From contig NW_020847248.1 of the NCBI RefSeq assembly GCF_003704095.1, positions 930,001 through 994,000 on the forward strand: DNA of 64,000 nucleotides, given 5' to 3'. This document shows positions 11,124 to 23,949 of the stretch, in pieces; within the stretch, counting starts at the first letter, position 1, and every line of letters starts with the position of its first letter. This stretch comes from Pocillopora damicornis (lineage: Eukaryota). The notes beneath the pieces were generated by a model. The model was not told the origin of the DNA, did no database searches, and saw only the letters and a program-made list of their open reading frames with translations. The translations under genes and the position numbers were made by a program.

Positions 11124-14100
11124 TGATCAGGTCGAGCCCCATACAGACCACTAACTATCACAGTTCATCTGACCATACGACTGTTCATGATTCTGTATCA
11201 CAAAGACCATCTCTGGATAGTTCTCTCAGCATTCATGAAACGAATGTTTAAATACACAAAAGAAAACTACATTTTTGTTTCTAAGTTCTCTGAGCAACAA
11301 GAATGTAGTACACGGGTTATTGTCTGTCTGTACTGGAATGGCTGATGTGGCATTTCCCATTGTGGTAACTAAAGCACTGCTGGATAGGGCATCCCATACG
11401 GCATCATCGTATTTGCCATCCAGAACATCATGGTACCGCAGGTGGAGTGAAACCGGTCGTTGGTGGTGGCAGCATACTGTACTGGTTTACTGGTGGCGCA
11501 GGTATATAGGGTACTGGCGATGGTATTCCAACCTGGTTTATCTCGGAAGGTGGTCCTGCATTAATCTCTCGTACGTAAGTTGGGTTCCCAAGACTGTCAG
11601 ATGTCAGTCCTTAGTCTGTTTGTCCTTGTCTTGCCCGTTGAGGGCGACCTTGGTTACTAGCATCCTCTTCCATGCTTGTTTCTCCACCAATGGCTTGAGG
11701 GTTTTTAGTCGTTGGTACTTCATCAGGAGAATCAGTGATGATAGCACTTGCCTCAATTTGGCCTGACACCCCATCAGAATTGACATTTGGGGGGTTTGGT
11801 TCTACTCCCACTGCTTCTTTGCTTGCGGACTGTACCTGTATCTGGGATTGATCATTGCCATCATTTCCCGGTGATAGGTAATGGTGTGAGAAGTCGGGAA
11901 GGCCTGATTCTGATCTCGCGTCATACACAGGGCTTCCCTCTCCTTTTCTTGCAATCACCACATGAATTTCATCTTCCCAGAAGGCACGGAGTTTTCCAAG
12001 TCCACTGCAAGGGGTGAGGTTGCGGACTTGGACACGATCTCCCACTTGCAGTGCTGAAGATCTCACTCGTTTGTCGTGATTCCTTTTTCCTCTAATGGCA
12101 CTTTTCGTGGCAGATTTCAATGCGAGTGAGTANNNNNNNNNNNNNNNNNNNNNNNNNNNNNNNNNNNNNNNNNNNNNNNNNNNNNNNNNNNNNNNNNNNN
12201 NNNNNNNNNNNNNNNNNNNNNNNNNNNNNNNNTTTCTTCATGGAGTTCACGGTATACAGTGCGTCGGAATTTCTGTGGTAGAACTATCTTCTGATTACGA
12301 TGCAGGATGCCACTCTTCTTGTCTACATGAAGTTTGTGCCACTCATTCAGGAGCTTGCGAACCAACGGCGATTCTTTTCGTTTCTGTCCAACTGTCGGCT
12401 TCTGATTTGCTTTGATGACTTTCAGGACGCGCCCAATGTGAGGTTCTTCTTTCTGTGCTCTCACTATATCCACCACTTCTACTTGATTGCAGCTTGCTTG
12501 TGATGGAATGCCTACCTGATGGAGCTCCCCGTCGTCATCAGTCAGGGCCATCAACCAAATTGAGTCCCCACTTGATAATGTCTGAATTCCACAGATTGAG
12601 GCCTGCAAGCTTTCAGGAACTACTCTCTCAGTACAACTATCCATGTAGTTCTTGAAGTCAGCAGGTATCCTGGAAAGACTGTCAGCATCAGTGTTCCACT
12701 TGCCTGGTCTGTACCGTATTTCAAAGTTGAAGTCCGCGAGGTCTCCAACCCACCTCAATCCTGTGGCATTTAGTTTGGCAGACGTTAACACATAAGTTAA
12801 GGGATTGTTGTCTGTGTATACCACAAATTCAGGGGTGTAGTAGAGGTAATCCCTGGACTGTTCTGTCACTGCCCATTTCAAGGCTAGGAATTCCAGCTTG
12901 CCTGAATGCATATGATAGTTGCGTTCTGATGGAGTCAGAGTTCTTGATGCATAGGCGATAACTCGTGTAGAGCCATTCTGATTTTGGTACAAAACCGCAC
13001 CTAGGCCATCCTGTGACGCATCAGTATGTACTATAAATGGTGCATCGTAATCTGGGTACGCCAGCACAGGGGGTGACGTCATGTGATCTATCAAGACCTC
13101 TAATGCTGACTGGTGCTGGGTCTCCCACTCCACTGGTGATGAAGATGATACTTGCCCACTGTTTCCCCTTGGACTATGTTTAGTGGAGGTGACATTCTTC
13201 TTCTTTCGCAGGTCAAGGCTGAGAAGATCATAAATGGGTTTCGCTGTTTGTGCAAAATGTTTGATATGACGACGGTACACACCAAGAAGACCCATGAGTC
13301 TTCTCACTTCTCCAACTGTTCGTGGTCTTAAGTTCGTCATTNNNNNNNNNNNNNNNNNNNNNNNNNNNNNNNNNNNNNNNNNNNNNNNNNNNNNNNNNNN
13401 NNNNNNNNNNNNNNNNNNNNNNNNNNNNNNNNNNNNNNNNNNNNNNNNNNNNNNNNNNNNNNNNNNNNNNNNNNNNNNNNNNNNNNNNNNNNNNNNNNNN
13501 NNNNNNNNNNNNNNNNNNNNNNNNNNNNNNNNNNNNNNNNNNNNNNNNNNNNNNNNNNNNNNNNNNNNNNNNNNNNNNNNNNNNNNNNNNNNNNNNNNNN
13601 NNNNNNNNNNNNNNNNNNNNNNNNNNNNNNNNNNNNNNNNNNNNNNNNNNNNNNNNNNNNNNNNNNNNNNNNNNNNNNNNNNNNNNNNNNNNNNNNNNNN
13701 NNNNNNNNNNNNNNNNNNNNNNNNNNNNNNNNNNNNNNNNNNNNNNNNNNNNNNNNNNNNNNNNNNNNNNNNNNNNNNNNNNNNNNNNNNNNNNNNNNNN
13801 NNNNNNNNNNNNNNNNNNNNNNNNNNNNNNNNNNNNNNNNNNNNNNNNNNNNNNNNNNNNNNNNNNNNNNNNNNNNNNNNNNNNNNNNNNNNNNNNNNNN
13901 NNNNNNNNNNNNNNNNNNNNNNNNNNNNNNNNNNNNNNNNNNNNNNNNNNNNNNNNNNNNNNNNNNNNNNNNNNNNNNNNNNNNNNNNNNNNNNNNNNNN
14001 NNNNNNNNNNNNNNNNNNNNNNNNNNNNNNNNNNAAAGTAATTCTTCTGAACTGGCTGGTCACTAGTCATCTTAAATATCCATTTCTAACTCTGAGATGC

Positions 14101-14263
14101 AGCCAACATCATTGTCACTCATCGCAAATGCTTCTGCTTCTTCCAACAACAACTGCTTTGCTTGCTCCTTTTGTTCTGCTGTCAGTCCACTCAAATCAAC
14201 TTCTGGTGACTAAGACAAGTTACTCTCAATTTTCTCAGTTAGTTTATGTTCTTCGCAGGGCAG
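11124..14263 (-). mobile_element. Ty3/Gypsy retrotransposon copy 3, inverted relative to copy 2, interrupted by gaps
   Basis: Reverse complement of ~6985-10872; RNase H region open at 12233-13341; ~180-bp internal deletion at ~11902. Confidence 0.95.
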
Positions 14264-14422
14264 NNNNNNNNNNNNNNNNNNNNNNNNNNNNNNNNNNNNN
14301 NNNNNNNNNNNNNNNNNNNNNNNNNNNNNNNNNNNNNNNNNNNNNNNNNNNNNNNNNNNNNNNCAATAAAAAAGTTGTGGGATAATCTTATGTTCAGTTG
14401 GTAACGAATACACATGGAAAAC

Positions 14423-14888
14423 CTAAAATCGTGTGGGTATTGTGTAACTTAACACCAGATGCGCCACAACCTTCATCGGCTTCTTAAGCTCCACGTTTTG
14501 TGTCAGGGCAGGGAGCTGCATGGACGTATGCTTTTCTTCCCGAACAGAATTCCGATTGGCTCCACCATGCTGCAGTCCTCCTGTCCCCTTATTTGAGAGG
14601 CTCTCTTGTATTGTAAAGTTATTTACAGAATTCCTATTATTCGACAAACCTAGACAGTATTTGTTGTCAGGTTTCTTTCCTGTTTTACCTGTATTTTGGT
14701 CATCTTTGCTAAAATTTTTACCGTGGATTCTGTTGTTTCCAGAATCGCTTTGATCCTGCACTTTGCTATCGCTATTGACAACTACATCTTGGCTAAAGTG
14801 TAGCTCTTGGCCTGGGTCCCTATCGCCGTATTCCACATTATTCATCACCTGGGCTTGTTCATCACCTACATTTGCGCCATTACTCCGC
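14423..14888 (-). CDS. Cytoplasmic-tail exon of YWTD-SEA-TM receptor, copy B
   Basis: ttctag acceptor at 14888 is phase 2, matching the TM exon donor (YKR|RSNGANVGDEQAQVMNNVEY...); N/D/S/K-rich; stop at 14423, or a 1-bp frameshift near 14485 leading to a phase-1 donor. Confidence 0.75.
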
Positions 14889-15180
14889 CTAGAAGTAAAC
14901 AGAGCTAAATATGAGTCAAGTAATTATATAAACTATACTACTGACTCAATTCAAGACAAAAATGAATTTAAACAGCCGTTGAAATTGAACTGCAGAGACA
15001 CTGATCATTATAAGGATATCTTTTATAAGTAAGTGAAGTCCACTAATGTAGACAAAAGCTATATTTATCTATAATCAATTCCTAAGGAAGTGAATTTCAA
15101 ATTTGACTGAGTAGTATGAACAGATGAATGAGAAATGACTGAATAATTTAAATAAAAAGGCATTTAAAATAATTTCATAC

Positions 15181-15582
15181 CTTTTGTACAAGATGATCAC
15201 GATAATGATAACGATTCCACTTGCGATTATTCCTGCTGTTATCAAAGCAATGGTTCCCTTTTTCGACGACACGATGGGGAGTTCCGTATAATTACAAAAT
15301 TTTTCGAATGATGGAGGGTTACAGTTTACATATATAACCTTGTATCCACCTAAATGTTTGCTGATATAGTAGACACCCTTTTGCACGATATAATCCAAAG
15401 TGCTGTTTTTAATTACCATACGGGATGAATTGGATTGGGTTTGAAGAATAAGTGAAAAAACCACTTCAGTATGATTCAGAACTGAAGACTCTCCGGGTTG
15501 CTTTAGGACTCTGATCTGAGCTGAACTGGCGTTGGAATCATTTGGAAAGATGCTGCATAACTGCTTTGCAATGGATGTGCTT
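15181..15582 (-). CDS. SEA-like C-terminal half plus transmembrane exon, receptor copy B
   Basis: tcgacag acceptor, AAAAG|gtatg donor; TEVVFSLILQTQ..VIKNSTLDYIVQ..ISKHLGGYKVIYVN then TM IALITAGIIASGIVIIIVIILYKR. Confidence 0.8.
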
Positions 15583-16464
15583 CTGTCGAGAAGGAAAGGA
15601 AATACGGTTGTTTTACATACCTTATGCTAAAGCATTATCATGTGGTGGTTGCACATTGCTTTATATTCAAGTTCCACATTCAGGTGCACTGAGTCAGAGC
15701 AATCAAGCACACTTGGTCACAGTGTTGGGTTCCCTCTGCCCCCTTGTCAAGTGAGGCAGTCACTTTAATTCGTCCATACGGGAAATAGCTTTGATGCTTC
15801 CCTTTTTTAATTATCAATGGTGTTTTCGCTCTGATGGGCATGCCTTCCCATGTTGGGTTTCCATAAATATTACTATATAGCAAGAAAATTTCAAACTATA
15901 ACGGTAATATACCAAAACGGAAATCATTTCNNNNNNNNNNNNNNNNNNNNNNNNNNNNNNNNNNNNNNNNNNNNNNNNNNNNNNNNNNNNNNNNNNNNNN
16001 NNNNNNNNNNNNNNNNNNNNNNNNNNNNNNNNNNNNNNNNNNNNNNNNNNNNNNNNNNNNNNNNNNNNNNNNNNNNNNNNNNNNNNNNNNNNNNNNNNNN
16101 NNNNNNNNNNNNNNNNNNNNNNNNNNNNNNNNNNNNNNNNNNNNNNNNNNNNNNNNNNNNNNNNNNNNNNNNNNNNNNNNNNNNNNNNNNNNNNNNNNNN
16201 NNNNNNNNNNNNNNNNNNNNNNNNNNNNNNNNNNNNNNNNNNNNNNNNNNNNNNNNNNNNNNNNNNNNNNNNNNNNNNNNNNNNNNNNNNNNNNNNNNNN
16301 NNNNNNNNNNNNNNNNNNNNNNNNNNNNNNNNNNNNNNNNNNNNNNNNNNNNNNNNNNNNNNNNNNNNNNNNNNNNNNNNNNNNGGAGCGGGAGATGGGG
16401 GTGAGGGTCAGAGGATATTTTTTTTTGTTACGATGAAATGTACTTCAAAAGAAAATTAGAATAC

Positions 16465-17162
16465 CTCTTCCATTTTCATTTCCAATGTAATACTGACAGC
16501 CACCAGATCTATTTAAAAAGAAATTTGATTTGGCTAATTACAACTGGTGAACCAATATCTTTGTGGGTAATGCAGTGATAATTGATGGTTAAAAAATGTT
16601 TGTTTCGTTCTTTTATTTTCAGAGAAAATAGTGGAGTACCGACTTTGAGTGCCTCTTGGCTACTAAAGTTTATAGTTTAAAGTTTCATACAGGGTTAAAT
16701 TAAAAAATCGGAGTAGGAAGAACAACAAACAATTTCTACTTACTCAGAGGTTGCCTTGATCCATCTAACACAGTAATTCCATGTATTTCAGGGAAAGACA
16801 GGTCGAGATTTCCAAGATATTCTAGGCTTGTTTTGTCCACCAGCCGAATTTTTTTTGCTTTTTTATCAGACAAGTACACAGTTCCGTTGTGAAGTGCTAT
16901 AGCGACCAGTTGACTGTTAGTTATCTCTTTTGATAGTTTTCGATTGCGTCCGTCCAGATCAGCTCTGCCGACCACACCGGTGCCCAAACCAGCGTCGACC
17001 CAATAAATTGCGCTCTTTGAATCAGCGTAGTCTACTATTACGCCATTTACCCACTGCAAGGGGAAACTGGAACTATTTTCCACAATGGTGACCCTTTCCT
17101 TCCCGTCTAAGGTGGCTCTCTCAATTTTAGGATTTGAACCCCAATCTGTCCAGAAAATGTAC
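16465..17162 (-). CDS. Receptor copy B: second YWTD exon (16744-17162) and 44-nt exon (16465-16508)
   Basis: YIFWTDWGSNPKIERATLDG..AIYWVDAG..VYLSD LDLR class B repeats; canonical splice sites; the 83-nt exon falls in gap 15931-16383. Confidence 0.85.
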
Positions 17163-17594
17163 CTGTAGGATTTGTTTCGTCAATTCTGTGTTATTCCTCT
17201 TGACAACAATTAATTTCAAGGTGTTAATATTGTACTAAAAGCCCTGATTATTTAACGAGGAGCAGTACAGTTAGCAAATAGTTTTTAAGGCGATTGGCTG
17301 ATCTATCCTGCTGAGAGGCAGTTACGGCTCCATATCAGNNNNNNNNNNNNNNNNNNNNNNNNNNNNNNNNNNNNNNNNNNNNNNNNNNNNNNNNNNNNNN
17401 NNNNNNNNNNNNNNNNNNNNNNNNNNNNNNNNNNNNNNTGAAACGAGTAGTTGTAAATAGGACCTGACCTGGTCCTATTTACAACTACTCGTTTCAGTAG
17501 TCTTCTTAGTTGCGAGGATCTCTTAATTTCATCTCTCCACCGCAGTGCAAATATATGAATTTTCATATATCTAAAATCATCATTAATTTCATAC

Positions 17595-20500
17595 TTTTTG
17601 CGCCAGATAAATACGCCAGCGATAATGATAACGATAACGATTCCACTTGTGACTGTTCCTGCTGTTGTTGAATCAATGGTTCCCTTTTTCGACGACACTC
17701 CTTTCGTAACCTCCTCTCCATTGATATCCTTGGGGAGTTCCGTATAATTACAAAAATTTTCGAATGATGGAGGGTTACAGTTTACATATATAACCTTGTA
17801 TCCACCTAAATGTTTGCTGATATAGTAGACACTCTTTTGCACGATATAATCCAAAGTGCTGTTTTTTATTACCATACGGTATGAATTGGATTGGGTTCGA
17901 AGAATGAGTGAAAAAACAACTTCAGTATGATTCAGAACTGAAGACTCTCCGGGTTGCTTTAGGACTCTGATCTGAGCTGAACTGGCGTTGGAATCATTTG
18001 GTAAGATGCTGCATAACTGCTTTTCAATGGTTGTGTTTCTGTCAAGAAGGAAAGGATATCTCGATGTTTTACATATCTTATGCTAAAGCATGATCATGTG
18101 GTGGTTGCACATTGCTTTACATTCAAGTTCCACATTCAGGTGCACTGACTCAGAGCAGTCAAGTACACTTGGTCACTGTGTTGGGTTCCCCCTGCCTCCT
18201 AGTCAAGTGAGGCAGTCACTTTAATTCGTCCATACCGGAAATAGCTTTAATGCTTCCTTTTTTCTAATTATCAATGGTGTTTTCGCTCTGATGGGCATGC
18301 CTTCCTATGTTGGGTTTCCATAAATATTACTATATAGCAAGAAAATTTCAAACTTCAACGGTAATATACCAAAACGGGAATCATTTCATTTCCACAAACA
18401 GTGTTTGCAATACCTTGATTTGCAACTGCATGTATCCTCATAGCAGTAGTCTCTTATCCCTTTCACGACTGCTTGTTTAAATTTCTCTTCCTCCCACTGA
18501 TAGACATATTTTAATACATTCTTATAAGTTATTAAAATAGACAAAAAGGAGTAGGTTCTTCAACATACTTATCTTATTATAATATCGATACTTCGTCCTT
18601 TAGTCAGTAAACCCCTTGACTGCCCAACCTTAAGGGACCCTGCTTAGGAGTTATGTGCCCAACAGACCGTGCCTGGAGTATTTAGGCTACAACCGCTTAG
18701 TAAAGCTGGGAATGACCTCTCATGTGATGACTTTTGGATCACCCCTCAGCAGCAAAGCAAATTCCAGATAGTTCAAGGAACAGATATAGCTGCAATGGCC
18801 AGTATTACTTGTAACAGTATCATAGAAGTCCAAAAGAGCAGACAATTGTGTTCGAGCGAAAGCAAAAGACACCAGCCATTAATTATTCGCTGGGAGCGGG
18901 AGATGGGGGTGAGGGTTAGAGGATTTCTTTTTTGTTGCGATGAAATGTACTTCAAAAGAAAATTAAAACACCTCTTCCATTTTCATTTCCAATGTAATAC
19001 TGACAGCCACCAGATCTATTTAAAAAGAAGTTTGATTTGGCTAATTACAACTGGTGAACCAATATCTTTGTGGGTAATGCAGTGATAATTGATGGTTCAA
19101 AAATGTTTGTTTCGTTCTTTTATTTTCAAAGAAAATAGTCGAGTGTCGACTTTGAGTGCCCCTTGGCTACTAAAAAATGTTCTCTTATACTTGTGACTGA
19201 AGGTGTATTGCTGTCTTTTCCTGCAGCTTTTTAGAAATGTATGCCATGAAACATTCTTCTACATGGAAATTTAAAACACGTTTTCCTGAACTGATTGTAC
19301 GAAAAAAAAATTAAATTGTTCCACATTGAGGATTTTATTGTACACGACTAAATTTATCTTGAAAATAGTTTAAGTCTCCTTTACAGTGTTTATAGTTTAA
19401 AGTTTCATATAGGGTTAAATTAAAAAATCGAAGTAGGAAGAACAACAAACAATTTTTACTTACTTAGAGGTTGCCTTGATCCGTCTGATACGGTAATTCC
19501 ATGTATTTCAGGGAAAGACAGGTCGAGATTTCCAAGATATTCAAGGTTTGTTTTGTCCACCAGCCGAATTTTTTTTGCTCTGTTATCAGACAAGTAGACA
19601 GTCCCGTTGTGAAGTGTTATAGCGACCAGATGACTGTTAGTTATCTTTTTTGATAGTTTTTGATTGCGTCCGTCCAGATCAGCTCTACCGACCACACCCG
19701 GACCAGCGTCGACCCAATAAATTACGCTCTCTGAATCAGCGTAGTCTACTATTACACCATTTACCCACTGCAAAGGGAAACTGGAACTCGCTTCTACAAT
19801 GGTGACCCTTTCCTTCCCGTCTAAGGTGGCTCTCTCAATTTTAGGATTTGAACCCCAATCTGTCCAGAAAATGTACCTGTAAGATTTGATTCATTAATTT
19901 TGTGTTATTCCTCTTGACAGCAATTAATTTCAGGGTGTTAATATTAGAAAAAAGGACCTGATTATTTAACGAAGAGCAGTAAATTGTTAATAATTGTCAA
20001 GGCGATTGGCTAACCTATCCTGCTGATAAAAAATAACCAAAATTTCAAGGGCACGCTAGAAAAATGCGTCACGTCGGGAGTCAGGTGATACTTTATTATT
20101 TTGCCCATTTGGTTGCGAAGAGACGACTTTTGCAGCAACTCTCTCACGCCATTAGAGCAAATTGTACAAAACATGTAACAGAGAAACGTGATTCACCACT
20201 AATGAAAAAAGTGCACTTTGGATGATTTCACGTCTTCAATGCTATACCCTGAAGCGTTGAGAACACCGTCCTAGGGAAGTGGTTGAACAAAAAAAGAAAT
20301 AACAAAGAAAAAGAATTAAAAAAGGTCTATCCTAAGTGTCAAAATTAGACGTTTCCTAGTTATATCGAGCTTCTCAGTTCGTAAGTTGTGATTTCAATAC
20401 TTAAAGTACATATAACTTCTCCTTACTCACCCATTGACCGAATCAGCAGCAATACCTCGAGGCTTGTCAATGTCTCGGTCAAACAGTATCTTTCTGTCAC

Positions 20501-20824
20501 TTCCGTCAACCTTCGCCATTTCTATTCGGTTGTTGGTTGTATCCGTCCAAAATATGTCTTTGCTAATCCAGTCTATGGCTATTCCTTCCACTCTACCGAC
20601 GCCTTTCGTCACATTTTCTTTTATGTTCGTCTGGAGATCCATTCTTTTAATGGTGCCACCCCCAAAGTCACTCCAATAGATATAATTGTCCTCTACGTCC
20701 ACTGCAATGGCAAAGACCCGTCCAATATCTTGCGCTACAACACTAGAAGCGGTTTTCCCAGCGGACAGGTTGATACTATTTATGGCATTCCCAACACTAT
20801 AGTACAAGCATGGCTCTTCACACG
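17595..20824 (-). CDS. YWTD beta-propeller-SEA-like-TM receptor, copy A; exons 20824-20431, 19876-19464, 19015-18972, 18496-18414, 18038-17595
   Basis: All junctions are GT-AG and phase-compatible (1,2,1,0,2,2); motifs IYWSD, IFWTD, IFWTDW, IYWVD, VYLSD; then LVAVSITLEMKMEE|WEEEKFKQAVVKGIRDYC; TM GIVIVIIIAGVFIWRK. Confidence 0.88.
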
Positions 20825-21670
20825 CTGTGAGGAGAGGAGAATAGCTAATTCAAAAATTCCACAAGATAACTGGTGAATGGGAAGCAGTACAGTAGAGAAA
20901 ATCAAATGGATTTGCCATCCGCCAGAACTTTAATATATGAACTTTAATATATTTCAAATCGAAAAGTTCTTCACGCGGAAATGAAACTTCCCCAGAAAAA
21001 GTCGCTAAACCCAATGAAATTACCGTCGATAGGAAATTCGCTAGCGTAAGGTGTATACAAAGAGCTTATCTACTCTCAAGAAAGGGTAGTTATCGATTTC
21101 CACGTTTAATCAAAGTACTGAGTATTTCACGCAAATACAATACAACGACTTATTGCGATTTATAATACCCGAGATACGACGAGCGGCCTGATNNNNNNNN
21201 NNNNNNNNNNNNNNNNNNNNNNNNNNNNNNNNNNNNNNNNNNNNNNNNNNNNNNNNNNNNNNNNNNNNNNNNNNNNNNNNNNNNNNNNNNNNATAAACAC
21301 CATAAATGAGACTTTAATCTACTTTCAAGACAAATTGAGTCGTTTACCCTAAAATCCTCAATGCGGAACAATTTAAATTTTTTTTCTTATACAATCAATT
21401 CAGGAAAACGCGCTTTAAATTTCCATTTAGAAGAATGTTTTATGGTACACATTTCAAAAAAGCCGCAGGGAAATCAGCAATACACCTTCAGTCACAAGTA
21501 TTAGAGGACTCTTTTATTAGTAAAAAGGCACTCAAAGTCGATGCATAACTATTTTTATCTGAAAATACAAAACGAAACAAACATTTTTGAACCATGATTA
21601 TCACTGCATTATCCACAAAGTTATTGGTTCACCAGTTTTAATTAACCAAATCAAATCTCTTTTTTAGTAG

Positions 21671-22937
21671 ATCTGGTGGCTGTCAGTATTACATTGGAAA
21701 TGAAAATGGAAGAGGTATTCTAATTTTCTTTTGAGGTACATTTCATCGTAACGCAAAGAAAATCATCTGACCCTCACCTTATCTCCCGCTCCTGGCGAAA
21801 AATTAATGTTTGGTGCCTTTCGCTTTCGCTCGGACACAATTGTCTGCCCTTTTGGACTTCTATGATGCTGCTACATGTAGCACTGGTTATTGCAGCTATA
21901 TATGTTCACTGAACTATCTGGAATTTGCTTGGCTGTGGAGGGGTGATCCAAAAGTCATCACATGAGAGGTCATTCCCGGCTTTGCTAAGCAATTGCAGCC
22001 TAAATACCCCAGGCACGACCAGTTAGGCACAGTACTCCTAAGCAGAGTTCGTTAAGGTTGGGCAGTTAAGGGGTTTGCTGGCTGACTAAAGGTCGAAGTT
22101 TTAATATTACTATAAGATAAGTTTGAAGATCCTACTCCATATTTTAATGAAATAATAATGATATTAAAATGTATTAAAATATGTTCATCAGTGGGAGGAA
22201 GATAAATTTAAACAGGCAGTCGTGAAAGGGATAAGAGACTACTGCTATGAGGATACATGCAGTTACAAATCAAGGTATTGCAAACGTTGTGGAAATTAAA
22301 TGATTTTCATTTTGATATATTAGCGTTGTAGTTTAGAATTTTCTTGCTATATAGTGATATTTATGGAAACCCAACATGGGAAGGCATGCCCATCACAGCG
22401 AAAACACCATTCATAACTAGAAAAAAGGAAGCATTCAAGCTATTTCGCATATGGACGAATTAAAGTGATTGCCACACTTGACCAGGGGGCGGGGGGAACC
22501 CAACACAGTGACCATGTGTACTTGACTGCTCTGACTCAGTGCACCTGAATGTGGAGCTTGAAGATAAAGCAGTGTGCAACCACTACATGATCATTCTTTA
22601 GCCAAAGACGTGTAAAACATCGTGATATCCTTTCCTTCTCAACAGAAACACAACCCTTGCAAAACAGTTATGCAGCATCTTTCCAAATGATTCCGAAGCC
22701 AGTTCAGCTCAGATCAGAGTCCTAAAGCAACCTGGAGGGTCTTCAGTGCTGAATCATACTGAAGTGGTTTTTTCACTTATTCTTCAAACCCAATCCAATT
22801 TATCCCGTATGGTAATTAAAAACAGCACTTTGGATTATATTGTACAAAAGAGTGTCTACTATATCAGCAAACATTTAGGTGGTTACAAGGTTATATATGT
22901 AAATTGTAACCCTCCATCATTCGAAAAATTTTGTAAT
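21671..22937 (+). CDS. Inverted copy C of the receptor; exons 21671-21714, 22192-22274, 22646-gap
   Basis: Reverse-complement paralogue of ~17750-19290 with intact splice sites; 23001-23191 mirrors the post-TM intron at ~14945-15130. Confidence 0.8.
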
Positions 22938-23308
22938 NNNNNNNNNNNNNNNNNNNNNNNNNNNNNNNNNNNNNNNNNNNNNNNNNNNNNNNNNNNNNNN
23001 TCATCTGTTCATACTACTCAGTCAAATTCAAAATTCATATCCCTAGGATATGATTGTAGATAAATATAACTTTTGTCTACGTTAGTGGACTTCACTTACT
23101 TATAAAATGATATCCTTATGATGATCAGTGCCTCTGCAGTTCAATTTCAACGGCTCCCTTTCTGTTTCAATTCATTTTTGTCTTGAATTGANNNNNNNNN
23201 NNNNNNNNNNNNNNNNNNNNNNNNNNNNNNNNNNNNNNNNNNNNNNNNNNNNNNNNNNNNNNNNNNNNNNNNNNNNNNNNNNNNNNNNNNNTGTACAGGA
23301 ACAGAAAC

Positions 23309-23467
23309 CTGAAATTTTGATCTTTCAGGTCGAAATAAATAGGTAGAATCTCTCCTGACGTCCTGAGCAGTATTTATCATGAAATTAAGAACGAGGTAAA
23401 CAAAAATTGTGGCTATTGAGTGTCTTAAACTGGGCGAAGAAGGCAGCGCTAAAAATATAGCCGCCAT
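23309..23467 (-). CDS. Possible first exon of an unidentified gene (hydrophobic N-terminus)
   Basis: aagATGGCGGC start context; MAAIFLALPSSPSLRHSIATIFVYLVLNFMINTAQ; CAG|gtttct donor; adjacent to a gap. Confidence 0.35.
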
Positions 23468-23497
23468 CTTGAGCCACGTCACGGCACCAAAAACCAA

Positions 23498-23775
23498 TGT
23501 AATGTCACTATAGACTGTCATGACTTGCAGCTAGGAAAAGAGATTGCCAAGGCTATCCGTGCAACAACTACTGGAGGTTTTGGCTGGTGTGCAATCAATG
23601 GCATTTGAACATGAAGGAAGAGTTGAAATTGCCTGTAATGTTGAAGCTTCAAAGGTATGCTTCTTCTTCGCCTTGGAGTCTCTGTGACTCAGTTGTGGAG
23701 CATACATAGTTGGAAGGTGTGTGATGTCATATTCCCGCTGCCTCTGATTTCATGGAGGCGAGACTAAAAAACATG
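23498..23775 (+). pseudogene. FTCDNL1: Formiminotransferase N-terminal subdomain protein (FTCDNL1-like) fragment
   Basis: CNVTIDCHDLQLGKEIAKAIRATTTGG/LAGVQSMAFEHEGRVEIACNVEA with a +1 frameshift at ~23580, later MEARLKNM; 5'-truncated. Confidence 0.75.
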
Positions 23776-23949
23776 TCGCTCTAGCTCACAGGGCCACCTA
23801 CTCGAGTCCAAGAATTTGAGATGGGGAATTCAAAAGCTGTGGGACAGGTGAAAGGTTGAAACTTTGAGAAAGGTCCGTCTATCATTCAACACTCATGCTA
23901 GTAAAGAATTTTGATATTAATTTGCAGAAAGTACCAGATTAACTTATTC

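Noticed and set aside
13228-14385. Long ORFs in the track consisting mostly of X (also 15850-16404 and others)
   Set aside because: Artefacts of reading through N gaps
18690-18890. NTGHCSYIC resembling an EGF start between the propeller and SEA-like exons
   Set aside because: No convincing splice sites or complete cysteine pattern; the flanking exons already join in phase
23309-23467. This exon as exon 1 of the YWTD receptor
   Set aside because: Its donor is phase 0 while the YWTD exon needs phase 1; exon 43028-43088 fits both phase and intron homology
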